DNA of 64,000 nucleotides from Candidatus Zhuqueibacterota bacterium (GTDB lineage: Bacteria; Zhuqueibacterota; Zhuqueibacteria; Thermofontimicrobiales; Thermofontimicrobiaceae), in assembly GCA_049322915.1 (NCBI GenBank), contig JBMOPW010000011.1, forward strand, positions 70,642 through 134,641, read 5' to 3'. Positions 28,401 through 37,994 of this stretch are shown one piece after another. Position 1 is the first letter of the stretch. Each line of letters starts with the position of its first letter. The translations under genes and the position numbers were made by a program. The notes below the pieces were generated by a model, which saw only the letters and a list, made by a program, of their open reading frames with translations, did no database searches and had not been told where the DNA came from.

Positions 28401-28570
28401 GCTTTTTCATTGTTGAAAAGGATGCAGATATAATCGCACTTCAACGATTCCAGCAGTTGTTCCGTCGTGTGTCTGAAAATATCGATGATGTTATCGGTCG
28501 ACTGGATGGTCTCGATGATGCTGCCCAATACCTGGTTGAATTCAGTATTTTTTAAGCTTAGCTCACCCAC
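25418..28570 (-). CDS. Soluble multi-GAF/PAS sensor histidine kinase
   Basis: Several GAF-like segments and one PAS; VSHDLKTP, NLVSNAIKY, DNGIGI, GSGIGL; no TM helix evident. Confidence 0.9.
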   Translation of the reverse strand: MGELSLKNTEFNQVLGSIIETIQSTDNIIDIFRHTTEQLLESLKCDYICILFNNEKARYFYINHALSPSPSDHGEDVIIPYSETSVTEVLRTHQPILRNDLSGRGQLTPGDLKFLANGVRSDLSVPVVNKNKVLAVINLSSYKNEFFKQFDAVAIHQVAMLLGLALERSDLIDQLRLNKADMVQWKKKFSQLIEHSSEAIALVRRDYDLIYLSNPAFQKMTGFEAADLSGMRLSQLHPEHTEIISGKLQNDAQEGTIADFVPLTLLRKDGVALPVKFRFAGIPDENFVFAFYEEAMAGNYPPAPHPDRGEFSLEFIQRGLAVATASQFDRLLDFIADEYGSKMGARYIAIQLVNEKTGELDPVRIKRFPDNFNFTKLKPWQIGLDQPPLRQVLQKNEALIINDIWKEPEFSSWLPIAQGLGYAALVSVPIQVDDAPIGAMTLFYERRQHFSDSERGYFTGLGSFFSFLIEKSQQSMAANHDRLLLSALADLSELIKFDSDLTGIIKGLLLAMSKVTPFDYAQVTLFDSPAENMQTFTVISDACRKLLPHQELVRLEGSDLCWLDISRMSLREQLEQKDDQNELIEGKILSRLSYVLMAQNRYLGTIVIGKLEANCYSEKHARTFNKMAQYGSAIMENARWSLENGRPDREPIVAPDFESPVFSDLNVANNSKTVVHGTASLLGADLVTLRLMKENKPLADLMANQSIMEIQKFLKFEDNQILPHIFKGADYHSLHQPVDADSSSRIKSTVLPLNFQSYFGFALKLNADVLGLVSIYWYESRQVSTDELSRILYFSSQAASAMHNARNYEAAMATSAELQKINSELENFVYTVSHDLKTPIVSIQGFSSILLNEMRHDLAIDSYKYLERIQQNANKMERMITDLLELSRVGRVVNPFEEAPMYDVVTLAVNELLFSLKEKKIKLMVDKAMPKLLCDKARMVQAFLNLVSNAIKYIGENNPSPQIRIGYRGEKSSHLFFVRDNGIGIHKQFHEKIFMLFQRANQEAASDEEGSGIGLAIVKKIVEHHNGKVWVESQPGNGSTFYLSFPRESL

Positions 28571-31509
28571 GTGATTGTGCCTTGTTTTGTGCTTCCTGTT
28601 CGATTAATTGGCGCAGGTACGGTTCCTTGTGCAGCTTGAAATTAATCGTCGTCCCTCTCCCCAATTCCGAATCGATCCAGACCTCGCCATAATGTTTTTC
28701 GACGATGCGCTTCACCAGGGCCAGCCCAATGCCGGTGCCTTCAATATCCTTGATACCCTGAAGCCGTTGAAACAGTTGGAATACCTTATCGTGATATTTT
28801 TTTTCAATGCCCATCCCATTATCCCGCACCTGGAAAACCAGGCAATCATCGTAATCCTTGTAGCCTAATGCGATCGTCGGTTCCGGGTTCTGTCCCATGT
28901 ATTTGATGGCATTGTCCACCAGGTTGAGAAAAATATTTTTCACGCCCTGCTCCTCGGCGAAAATTTTCGGCCACTGGGAAGGGATATCCAGCCGAATATT
29001 TTTCTGCTGAATGCCGAACGCCAGTTTTTCCAATACAAAATTGATCACAGCGCTCAAATCGACCTGCTCGAAATTTGTCTCGCCCCGATCCACTCGCGAA
29101 TAGTCCAGCAAGTCCTGAATCATATCTTCCATGTACTCGATATTTTTTTGAATGCGATCGAGAAAGTGCTTTCCATCGCCGTCAAATTTATCCCGATAAT
29201 CGCTCAACAGCAGCGAGACAAAGCCCATCAGTGAAACCAGCGGAGTCTTCAGATTATGGGAAATCAGATAAATCAGATTTTCCAGTTCATCGCTTTTCTT
29301 CCGCATCTCGGCTTCGATCTTTTTGGGCTGAGAAATATCCTTGCCAATGCCCAACGTGCCGATGATTTGGTTCTTCTCATTGACGAGTGAAGAGAACGAC
29401 CATGCGATGGGGATGATGCGCTCTTCTTTTGTCAGGACATCGCATTCAAAATTGTGGACCGATTGCGAACTCATCAGATCCTGTTTCAATCCGGCGAACA
29501 GGGTGCGGCCATTTTTCACGAAGTGATCGAAGAAAGGCCGATGCATCACTTCGTCGGACGAGTAGTGCGTGAGTCGGGTGGCGCTATCGCTGAAAAAAGT
29601 GATGTGCCCGTTCTCGTCCGTGGTGACAATAGCGTCTGCTGAACTGCGAACAATGCTTTCGAGCTTGTTTTTCGTGCAATTCATGGTCGCGTAAAGGCTG
29701 GCATTTTTAATGGCGATGGCTGCCTGCTGCGCCAGCATGGCGAGCAATTCCAGTTCATGATCGCTGAAAAAATGGATTCGGTCGAGAAAGACGGAGAGGA
29801 TGGCAATGGTTCGGTTGTCATTCACAATCGGCAATAGAATCAACGACCGCAATCCGAGTTGTTCAATATCATTTTTACTCTTGAAAAACGTGATATTGTT
29901 GTAATCGATATTGTCAATGACCAGGGGTTTCTGATTCAGGATCATCCGCTGAATCTGCGGGCTGAACTGATCCAGGAATACCCGCGCGTTCGTACAGTCC
30001 GCCCGCTCGCCGGCTAAAAACCGAATGGTGCATATCTTCGCGTTCATCATGTGCTGGGCCGATTCCACGACCTGTTTCAGGACAACGTCCAGATCTAACG
30101 AGCTGCTGATGGATTCATTGACCTGGGCCAACAACGACATATTGGTGAGCGAATGCTGACTCTTCTGCAACATGCGCGTTTTCAACAGGCCGACGGCAAT
30201 GTCATCGACAATGCCGGAGAATAGGTTCATGTGGTAGCTGGTGACAGCATTTTCCGCTTCGGAAAACAGCAGGATAGTGCCGACCAGTTGCTGGTCCGCC
30301 GTCAGCTTCATGAATATCTGAGATTTCACCTTCTTCTCAAAGGACAATCCCAATGCCTTGCTCAGATTGGTGATGGCCTCGCGATCCTGGCTGATGGGAT
30401 CGAGCGTCTTCAGCAATTCCGCATAGGACTGAAACACAGGCCCATTGGCTTTCGTCTGAATGATCTCCGGCAAATCGACCGAGACGCGGATATCCAGCTT
30501 GTTCTCTTCCTCATCGCAGAGCACGACGCAGGCGAAATCATACCCAAAGACCTGGCTCATTTTATTGAACAGCACCTGAATGGCCTGATCCGTGTTCAAT
30601 TTCGAATTGATCGCAGCGACAATTTCGCTCATCAACTCTAATTGTTCGCCGGATTCCTGGACCTGACCATGCGCCGTTCTGTAGTCAGTTACGTCATGCA
30701 GGTTAACGCACAGAGAGCCATTATCGTGCATTGGCTGAAACTGGACTTCGACGACTCGTTCCTCTTCGTTGCTACGCCTGAACGACGCAATCAGAGGACT
30801 GCTATCAAATGACTTGTAGTTCCGATAGCGAGTCACAACAGCCTTGCGCTGGTTACTGACGAACAAATCTTCGAACGACGCTGTCGTGATAAAAGCCGAA
30901 CGACTTCGCCCGTATAACTTTTCAAACGCTTTGTTGGCCTGAACGATCCTGCCATCCGTCTTGATCAGCGCGGTTGGCGTCAACGAATGCTCGAAAATAT
31001 CCTTGAAAATGATGTTCGATTCAGCGTGACCGGAGTTCAATCGCACGTGCTGGACCTGTTCGCACGCTGCATCGATCAGCGCATTAAAATCTATCTTTTC
31101 AAACTGCTGTTTTTGAAAAACCAAATCCCTGCCAGCGCTGCCAATTAATAGGTAGCCATTTCCCAACAACGCATGGTCGAAGCGCGCGATTAAACTTGTC
31201 CGAATTTGTGTTTCCTCCTGATTATCCAGGATGGATTCGATGAATTGAACGTCCGTGTTGCTCTGCCGGCGGATGAGAATGAACACTTCTTCATTGATGA
31301 TTCGAAAGCCGGCGCACAATGCATCAGGAAAATGCTTTTCCGGGAGCCACCCTCCCTGGCCACTGGCGACAGTAATAGCGACATTCAAATCCAGAGAGTT
31401 GGGGCGATTGACTGCCAGAACAGCCAGGTTAAAATTCAGTGTCCTTTCAAGCTCGTTTTTCAGATAGTTTAACACATTTTGAAGCTCAATACACGGTGCG
31501 GTATCCATG
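28563..31509 (-). CDS. Soluble PAS/GAF sensor histidine kinase
   Basis: PAS-GAF-GAF-PAS, then ISHNLKTP, NLVDNAIKY, DNGMGI, GTGIGL; likely ATG 31509 after GGGGAG; 8-nt overlap with the next gene. Confidence 0.9.
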
Positions 31510-32289
31510 GATGATATTATTTCTCCCCTGTTATTGTTGAAGTGCGTGTAGATATGAAAACAGTTCGGCAAGATATTCTAGTGCGAAGAACGATCTAACA
31601 GGTAAACATTCTATGAAACCAACTTTACGATTTAAAAATAAATGATTCATTTTTCAAAATCAAGAAAAAAAGTGATATTGCTTTATTTTAATATTCGTAA
31701 AAATATATGAAATTCAGGTTTGAAGGACATGAGATGCCCATATTTCCTGCAACTTATTAGGTTTTCCTGATAATAATGTTTTCATTTTTCAGCTTGAAAA
31801 ATCTATTTAAAAATTTTTGCATTAAAATTTCACATTGGAAATTTTTATTACTCTATTTTTAAATCACTTATATATGTTAAAAATTATTTACAGTTTGTTT
31901 TTTAAACTAATTAGACTGGTATTACATACAGGAAATTCATTTTGATTATCACGATTTAACGTTTCTAATATGAAGAAACCGGCGTTTGAAAGAAAGGTGA
32001 GTTAGAGGTGCTTCATCAATAACAAAAATGTGACAGAAATGGATCACCGCATCTGGAGGATGAGTACGCGGTTGAGATGAGAACGCTGCGTTGGAATCGA
32101 GGATATAGATTACAAAGCCGAATGCAGCAATCAATGAGAAAAGTATACAATGAAAAGAGGAACCGGATAGAAATTTGGAAAAGGAAAACTTCAGTCCCAA
32201 ACGGGTTGGAACAGATGTCCCTTTCAAGAGTCAGCGGAATTGCAGGATTGTTTATCCCCGGCATGGAGACGAACCGGCGGCTTTCCGGA

Positions 32290-33303
32290 TCAAGATGTTT
32301 TGGGTATGGCCGCAGATTCCACGAGTTGCTTCGTCTTCTCCAAAACCATTGGAATGGTCTCAGCCAAATTCTTTCGGACAAGTGCGCCGGCTGCAAAATT
32401 ATGTCCGCCGCCGCCGAGCATTTCAGCGACATTGCCAATCACAATTTTGCCTTTGGATCGGAGGCTCACTTTCACTTTGTCGCCGCTGAGTTCCGTGAAC
32501 ATCAGGCTGACTTCCACGCCGATGATGGTTCTGGGAATTTCGGGAAAGCCCTCGGTGTCCCAGTGGGACGCGTTATGTTTGTTGAACATCGCCTGCGTCA
32601 GTGTGAACCAGACTAACTGGCCATCGCATTCGTAATGCAAATTGCTCAGCGCTTCGCCCATGAGCGCCATTTTCGTCCGGGAATTTTGCTCGTACACCAG
32701 GTTGTAAAGTTCTCTCCCGTTGACTCCGGCCTTGATGAGTTCCGAGGCCATATCGTGGGTTGTTTCGGTGGTGTTGGAAAACCGGAACGAGCCGGTATCG
32801 GTCAGGATGCAGGTATACAGCGCCCGCGCGGATTCGCCTGCAATGGGATAGTTGATCTGAGTGAGAAACTCATAGACAAGCTCGCCAGTTGAAGAAGCCG
32901 CTTCATAGATAATATCAATGTCCGCAAACTTCCGGTTGATATGATGATGATCGATGCAGATTTTAGGAACCGGGGACTGCTGGATAATTTCTCCAATTTT
33001 GCGCAGCCGTTCCCAATCACTGATGTCGAGTATGATATAAATATCGGCAGACGAAATCAGGTCAGCATGCTGCGCTTCGTCGTAGACAATGATCTCCTTT
33101 TTCGGGTCGAGAAACTCATAGTTGTACGGCGTCGGCGAATTATTGATGATATAGACCTGCTTTCCGAGGTGCTCCAGGTACTTTGCCATGGTTATTTCAG
33201 ACCCAAGCGCATCGCCATCAGGATTTACATGCGTCGTCAGAACAAACGTGTGATTTTGGTCGATAAGTTCTCTGAGAATTGTAATTTCTTTTTGAGAAAT
33301 CAT
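32290..33303 (-). CDS. nrnA: DHH/DHHA1 phosphoesterase (bifunctional oligoribonuclease/PAP phosphatase)
   Basis: HVNPDGDALGS, IDHH, DTGSFRFSNT, SLRS, GGGGH..AAG. Confidence 0.9.
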   Translation of the reverse strand: MISQKEITILRELIDQNHTFVLTTHVNPDGDALGSEITMAKYLEHLGKQVYIINNSPTPYNYEFLDPKKEIIVYDEAQHADLISSADIYIILDISDWERLRKIGEIIQQSPVPKICIDHHHINRKFADIDIIYEAASSTGELVYEFLTQINYPIAGESARALYTCILTDTGSFRFSNTTETTHDMASELIKAGVNGRELYNLVYEQNSRTKMALMGEALSNLHYECDGQLVWFTLTQAMFNKHNASHWDTEGFPEIPRTIIGVEVSLMFTELSGDKVKVSLRSKGKIVIGNVAEMLGGGGHNFAAGALVRKNLAETIPMVLEKTKQLVESAAIPKTS

Positions 33304-33304
33304 A

Positions 33305-35428
33305 TCACTCCTTAATCATTGAACGGTTAAAACCAATATTGTGATTAGTGTCAGTTGCTTTCACAACAACGGAAAATGCGCCATCGGCCGGTGCAGCAAT
33401 TTTAAAATCGAAATATTCAGTTTTCGAATCGCAAATAAAATCAACGGGATAAACGAGCTGCCACTGTTCGACGTTCGTCGAGAATGCCACTTCCTTAATG
33501 GCGCTGTAAGTGTCAGATACCTGGAAACTAATCTGAAGGCTATCCCTGGTCGCTTGTTTCACCAGCAGCTTTCCGATGGAAGGACCTGAATTGTCATTCA
33601 TGAACCAGTCGCTTATCATTTCATCCGTTTTGTACAGGTTCACAGGATTCTCCTTTTCATCGCTGGCAATGATTTTGATCCGAAACTCGCCATCTGGCAG
33701 CAGGCGACTGTCCCACTCATGCCACTTCTGGGATACGGATTTTTTAAGCATCCGCCAGTGCTGATCCCCTTTAAGCTGGAAGAAGAGATGAAAGAGCAAT
33801 TCATCGTCATTGCCATCATCCGCCATCCAGCGCACCGCACGCCTGCCATCGGAAACCGGTTTGGATTTCGATTTGGACAAGGGCGCTGCCAGCGTCATCG
33901 CCTTCGCGCCAGGGAGCGCCTCTTTTTCGGAATCGTCGCTCTCATCGCCGGGACTGGTCAGCGCGATCTCGGAAATCTCAGGCGGTAAATTCTCCTGTAA
34001 ATACGTCACCTCAATATCAGAAAGCACCAGCCGGATTGAATTTTGCTCGCTCACCAGTTCCATTTTCCATTGTAAAAATCGCGCGGCCGGGCTGGTTATT
34101 TCTGCCGCCTCGTTCCGGATCGACGCCGCTGACCACGCACTCCAGGTATCATTGGGTTTTTCGGTATTGCCGGAACGGGTGTGAAATGTCACCCGATAGC
34201 CGGATTTCACCTCGCTCTGCCAGCGAAGCGAGCCCCAGTGCGCCGTGACTTTTGCATCGAAAACAGGAGAGACGAACGCGCCCTTCGTCGCCATCCGAGG
34301 GAGAATGCGGTAGACCTTGCCCAGATTGGATGTCACTGCCCACACGCCGGCAGGCGTTGACTGGAAATCCGAAATCTGAGCGCCTTCCAATTGAATCAGC
34401 AGGGTTCGCTCTTCGTCCCCGGAGATTCGGTAAATTCGTCCTTTATCGCTCGTGCCAACGAGCAGAGACTGGTCTGGTTGCAGCACTATCGATTGCACCA
34501 GATCCGTGTCTTTCTGCCAGATATCCTTGATTGAACCATCCGGCGAGATTTTGATGATGCCACTCATTTTGATGCTGCGAGGCATTTCCGGCCGCATCGT
34601 GTCCTCGACGTCGGTCATTTCTTTATCGCGACTGACCATCGGCTGCGGCTGCGCCTCGCGAGTGACGAGCGGCATGGGCACGCCGTCTCTGCCCAGACCT
34701 GCGGCATAGATGGCGCCATCGGTCGCCACGGCCACGTGATGAATTTCCTGAAATTCGGAATCGTACAATACAAACGCCTCGCCGGTTTTCTCGATGCGAT
34801 AAATATAGCCATCGCTAAAAGAGCCAGCCAGCAGGCGCCCTCTGTTATCCCAGGCCAGGCATCGGAAATGCACTTCGTTGCTCCGGTAAAACACCGATGG
34901 CTTTCCAGCCGGCGAAATTTTATAAATCAGGCCGCTATCCCCGGTCGCCGCATAGCAAGTATTGTCGACATCGAACACCATATCCCAGATATATTTCGCA
35001 CCCAACGATGCGTATAGCTCCGGCTGATTCGCCCGGATACGATAAATCGCTGCCCCGGGAGAGACCGCCGCGTATGGCACGTTGTTCTTATCCACAGCCA
35101 GCGAATACACTTCATTCTCATCCCAGCGGGCAATGACATCCAATTTGCCTTCGGCATTGATCCGGTAAATTTTAGCGCCGTCCCCGGTGGCGAGAAATAG
35201 ATTTCCAGTCCTGTCCGCAGTCACATCCCACACAAAAGGCCGCTCGATATTGGCAATCAATTCGAACTCCGGCGCCAGCGTCAAATCGCCCTGCCAGGTG
35301 ATGGAAATTCCTTCAGGACTCCCCTCAGCCAAATCTTTCTGCTTCTGGTACATTTTCACCTGCGGTTCAGAAGCTGAACCGAAACCGGTCAACATTAAAA
35401 TTACGATCCCCACAACTGCGTTTCGCAT
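33305..35428 (-). CDS. Hypothetical secreted beta-propeller protein with C-terminal FN3/Ig-like domains
   Basis: Signal peptide; repeated 'W/Y..D..G.LY.ATG..G.IYRI...G' blades; 'WDSRLLPDGEFRIKIIASD' strand motif. Confidence 0.8.
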   Translation of the reverse strand: MRNAVVGIVILMLTGFGSASEPQVKMYQKQKDLAEGSPEGISITWQGDLTLAPEFELIANIERPFVWDVTADRTGNLFLATGDGAKIYRINAEGKLDVIARWDENEVYSLAVDKNNVPYAAVSPGAAIYRIRANQPELYASLGAKYIWDMVFDVDNTCYAATGDSGLIYKISPAGKPSVFYRSNEVHFRCLAWDNRGRLLAGSFSDGYIYRIEKTGEAFVLYDSEFQEIHHVAVATDGAIYAAGLGRDGVPMPLVTREAQPQPMVSRDKEMTDVEDTMRPEMPRSIKMSGIIKISPDGSIKDIWQKDTDLVQSIVLQPDQSLLVGTSDKGRIYRISGDEERTLLIQLEGAQISDFQSTPAGVWAVTSNLGKVYRILPRMATKGAFVSPVFDAKVTAHWGSLRWQSEVKSGYRVTFHTRSGNTEKPNDTWSAWSAASIRNEAAEITSPAARFLQWKMELVSEQNSIRLVLSDIEVTYLQENLPPEISEIALTSPGDESDDSEKEALPGAKAMTLAAPLSKSKSKPVSDGRRAVRWMADDGNDDELLFHLFFQLKGDQHWRMLKKSVSQKWHEWDSRLLPDGEFRIKIIASDEKENPVNLYKTDEMISDWFMNDNSGPSIGKLLVKQATRDSLQISFQVSDTYSAIKEVAFSTNVEQWQLVYPVDFICDSKTEYFDFKIAAPADGAFSVVVKATDTNHNIGFNRSMIKE

Positions 35429-35442
35429 CCGATACTCCTTGC

Positions 35443-37287
35443 TTAATTTTTTGGCTGGTCCGCCACGCGGAGGACAAAATCGTTGCCACCCTGTATGTCA
35501 TAATTCATGGGAATGATCCACTCTCGCACCACTTTTTCAGTCACGGCGTCGAACGAATCCTGATTTCGCGAATTCATCATCAGCGTTTGGACGGACGGCG
35601 GCAGCGAAGGAAACTCCTTGCCGTGGAGCATCGCGCCGGTCGCTGACTCTTTGATTTGAATGAAGACAGCGTTATTTTTCTTGCGTCGATTGAGCAGCGA
35701 GACAATTTCAGCAAGGCTTTTCGGCATGTAGCGATAGATGCCGGCCATCTGTTCGCGTTGCGTTATTTCATCTTTTCCGCCCACGACAATCCTCAGCCGT
35801 TGGGATGAGATATTGCCCGGGATTTGAATCGTTTTTTTCAATTCGAACATTTCTCCCTGGTAGGGCCGAATGGCGACGAAGATGGTCAACGGATCGCCCG
35901 GGGCGACTTCCTGTCGGTCAAAATAGACCTTTTCTATCCGGGCTGAATTTCTTCCCGGCTGAATATTGAAAGTCAGATCAATTTTTTTGATTTGCGCCGG
36001 TTCAAACTGGTTCATCAGCACCGCGCTGAGCGACATGACAATTTCATACGCAGCCTCGGAGACGTCTGTCCCTGATCCATCGTAAAATCCTTTGCCGGCG
36101 CCGGCGAACAGATTCTCTAAAATGACATCGTCACAATTGTCATTGTCAATGCTGCCCTGCAACCGGATCGAATAATCGCCGAAGCCCAATCGCGACGTTT
36201 CCAGGGAATTGATGATTGTCATCCACAAAAAAACCGGCAGCATGCTGTAGCTCGACCGGTCATTTGCCAGATTGAAATGAAACTGCCTTTCTTTGCTCAC
36301 CGACGAAATCACCTTCATCTGAACCGGGATGAGCGGCGCGCGTTCACCCACAATGCCCAGAATCCCGGAGGAGCGGTCCTGCCGAATGGCGCCAATGATA
36401 TCCGTTGCCACGGCGTATTTATTCGAGGCCATTAAACTGGATAACGTCGTGATCACTCTGGCATTGGCCATGGGAAGACTTACTGCGCCGCTGTTGAACA
36501 TGGGATGCCCAAAGGCGAGCACCCTGTTCCCGTCGCAGTAGGTCACCGTGCCCACAGCGCTGATATCAAAATCACCGCTGATAAGGGACGCAGCCACTGC
36601 CGATCCGGGTAGCAGCCCATCTGCGCCGGTAGCCTGGTCGCTTTCCATTTTGCCACCGGTCATGAAATGAACATCGGACAATCCTGAACAGGATTTAAAC
36701 CGCTCGATACCGTCAGGGGAAAAACCGGAGAGGAAAATCGAGGTTTCAATCGGCATTATCGATTGTTGATCAGTTGCCGGCCCGGGCTTCAATAAGCCGG
36801 CGAAATCAAAATCATCGTCGCCGCGGGAATGGATAAAATTTACAATCTCCTCCGCGTAGGGATGGGGCACTGCTGCCAGTTCCGCCTGGCGTATCTCCTC
36901 TTTGCTGTAAATATCCAACATCTGTTCGATGGGAGTCACCCCGGCAATGGGGTCTTTCATGAATTGCCCGACCCGGTAAGCCAGCGCGCCGACCAGTTTA
37001 TCATTGATATAAACAGGGCTGCCGCTCATTCCACTGACCACGCCGGTATGGGTGACTTTTTCACCGATCAGCCGAACCAATATCACGGCTCGCTGGGGAA
37101 AATAATTCCGGACAATGTCCAGAACCTCCAGATCAAATTGCTCTATTTTATTATTTTCAAAGATTGTCAAGCCCAAGCCCTTCATTCCGGGCTTAACGTC
37201 TTTCAACGGCATGAAATTATCAGCGCCGTGGAGAAGGGAGATGCAGCCTATCAACAACGAAGCGATTAAGTGTCTCATGGTGTCCAT
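35443..37287 (-). CDS. SpoIVB peptidase S55 domain-containing secreted protein
   Basis: VKPGMKG.G.T.F, GVVSGMSGSPVY (catalytic Ser motif), GTVTY, LAFGHPM. Confidence 0.88.
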   Translation of the reverse strand: MDTMRHLIASLLIGCISLLHGADNFMPLKDVKPGMKGLGLTIFENNKIEQFDLEVLDIVRNYFPQRAVILVRLIGEKVTHTGVVSGMSGSPVYINDKLVGALAYRVGQFMKDPIAGVTPIEQMLDIYSKEEIRQAELAAVPHPYAEEIVNFIHSRGDDDFDFAGLLKPGPATDQQSIMPIETSIFLSGFSPDGIERFKSCSGLSDVHFMTGGKMESDQATGADGLLPGSAVAASLISGDFDISAVGTVTYCDGNRVLAFGHPMFNSGAVSLPMANARVITTLSSLMASNKYAVATDIIGAIRQDRSSGILGIVGERAPLIPVQMKVISSVSKERQFHFNLANDRSSYSMLPVFLWMTIINSLETSRLGFGDYSIRLQGSIDNDNCDDVILENLFAGAGKGFYDGSGTDVSEAAYEIVMSLSAVLMNQFEPAQIKKIDLTFNIQPGRNSARIEKVYFDRQEVAPGDPLTIFVAIRPYQGEMFELKKTIQIPGNISSQRLRIVVGGKDEITQREQMAGIYRYMPKSLAEIVSLLNRRKKNNAVFIQIKESATGAMLHGKEFPSLPPSVQTLMMNSRNQDSFDAVTEKVVREWIIPMNYDIQGGNDFVLRVADQPKN

Positions 37288-37664
37288 CTATCGATTGTTC
37301 AAAACTCCAGTCCAACGACATCCAAAAGATGCCAGTAATCCAGATATCGTACCGCAGAAGAAAATCTGTAACCATTTTCAAAAACCATGGGGAGAATTCA
37401 GCCTGGTCGATGTGAATCAGAATCGGTTTTCTTCAATCAGGTATCCCGCCTCATTTCGGCGCATCCTTCATTCGACATTGTTCAATGCAAATGGCCACCC
37501 TGCCGATTTTTGGGCTCAATGTGCCAGTCCATACGATGCGCGTATCGGATGCCAGAAACTACCCTTGCAAAAATGAGTTCCTGTTTTTTTCCAACTGACG
37601 ATTGCATTTCGCAATCATCGTCATTTCCTGCTCGATTGCAATTTTTACAAGGGTAGGCGCCTGA

Positions 37665-37859
37665 CTATTCGGACAAAATTGCTCCCGGTACGCCGCACAC
37701 CGTCTTGCACAGATAATTTTCTGAGTAACCAACACATAAGCAGCATCTGTTCGTGTTGATGGTGTACACTTCGCCGTCTTCTGAAATGGCCTCGACCGGA
37801 CAGACAGCAAGGCATGCACCGCAGCCAAGGCATTCTGCTGTGATTCTCAAGGTGGTCAT
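37665..37859 (-). CDS. 2[4Fe-4S] ferredoxin (YfhL-like)
   Basis: CxxCxxCxxxCP and CxxC-x8-CxxxC; ATG 37859 after GGAGG. Confidence 0.85.
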   Translation of the reverse strand: MTTLRITAECLGCGACLAVCPVEAISEDGEVYTINTNRCCLCVGYSENYLCKTVCGVPGAILSE

Positions 37860-37935
37860 TTCTATCCTCCAATCCATGGAAATGATATCGCGCGCAGAAG
37901 TCTGGCAGGGTGATTTTTAAAAATTTTGAACAATC

Positions 37936-37964
37936 AATATAGCAATAATGTGCTAATATGTCAA
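37936..37964 (-). promoter_or_regulatory. Sigma70-type promoter for the ferredoxin gene
   Basis: TTGACA-N17-TATATT on the minus strand. Confidence 0.65.
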
Positions 37965-37994
37965 GGAAATTTATTGCGAACAGGTGACAATTAC

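Noticed and set aside
31570..32290. AT-rich gap as replication origin, or its ORFs (31949-32227, 32016-32438, 32077-32616) as genes
   Set aside because: No DnaA-box cluster or dnaA/dnaN context seen; the ORFs lack motifs and partly overlap nrnA.
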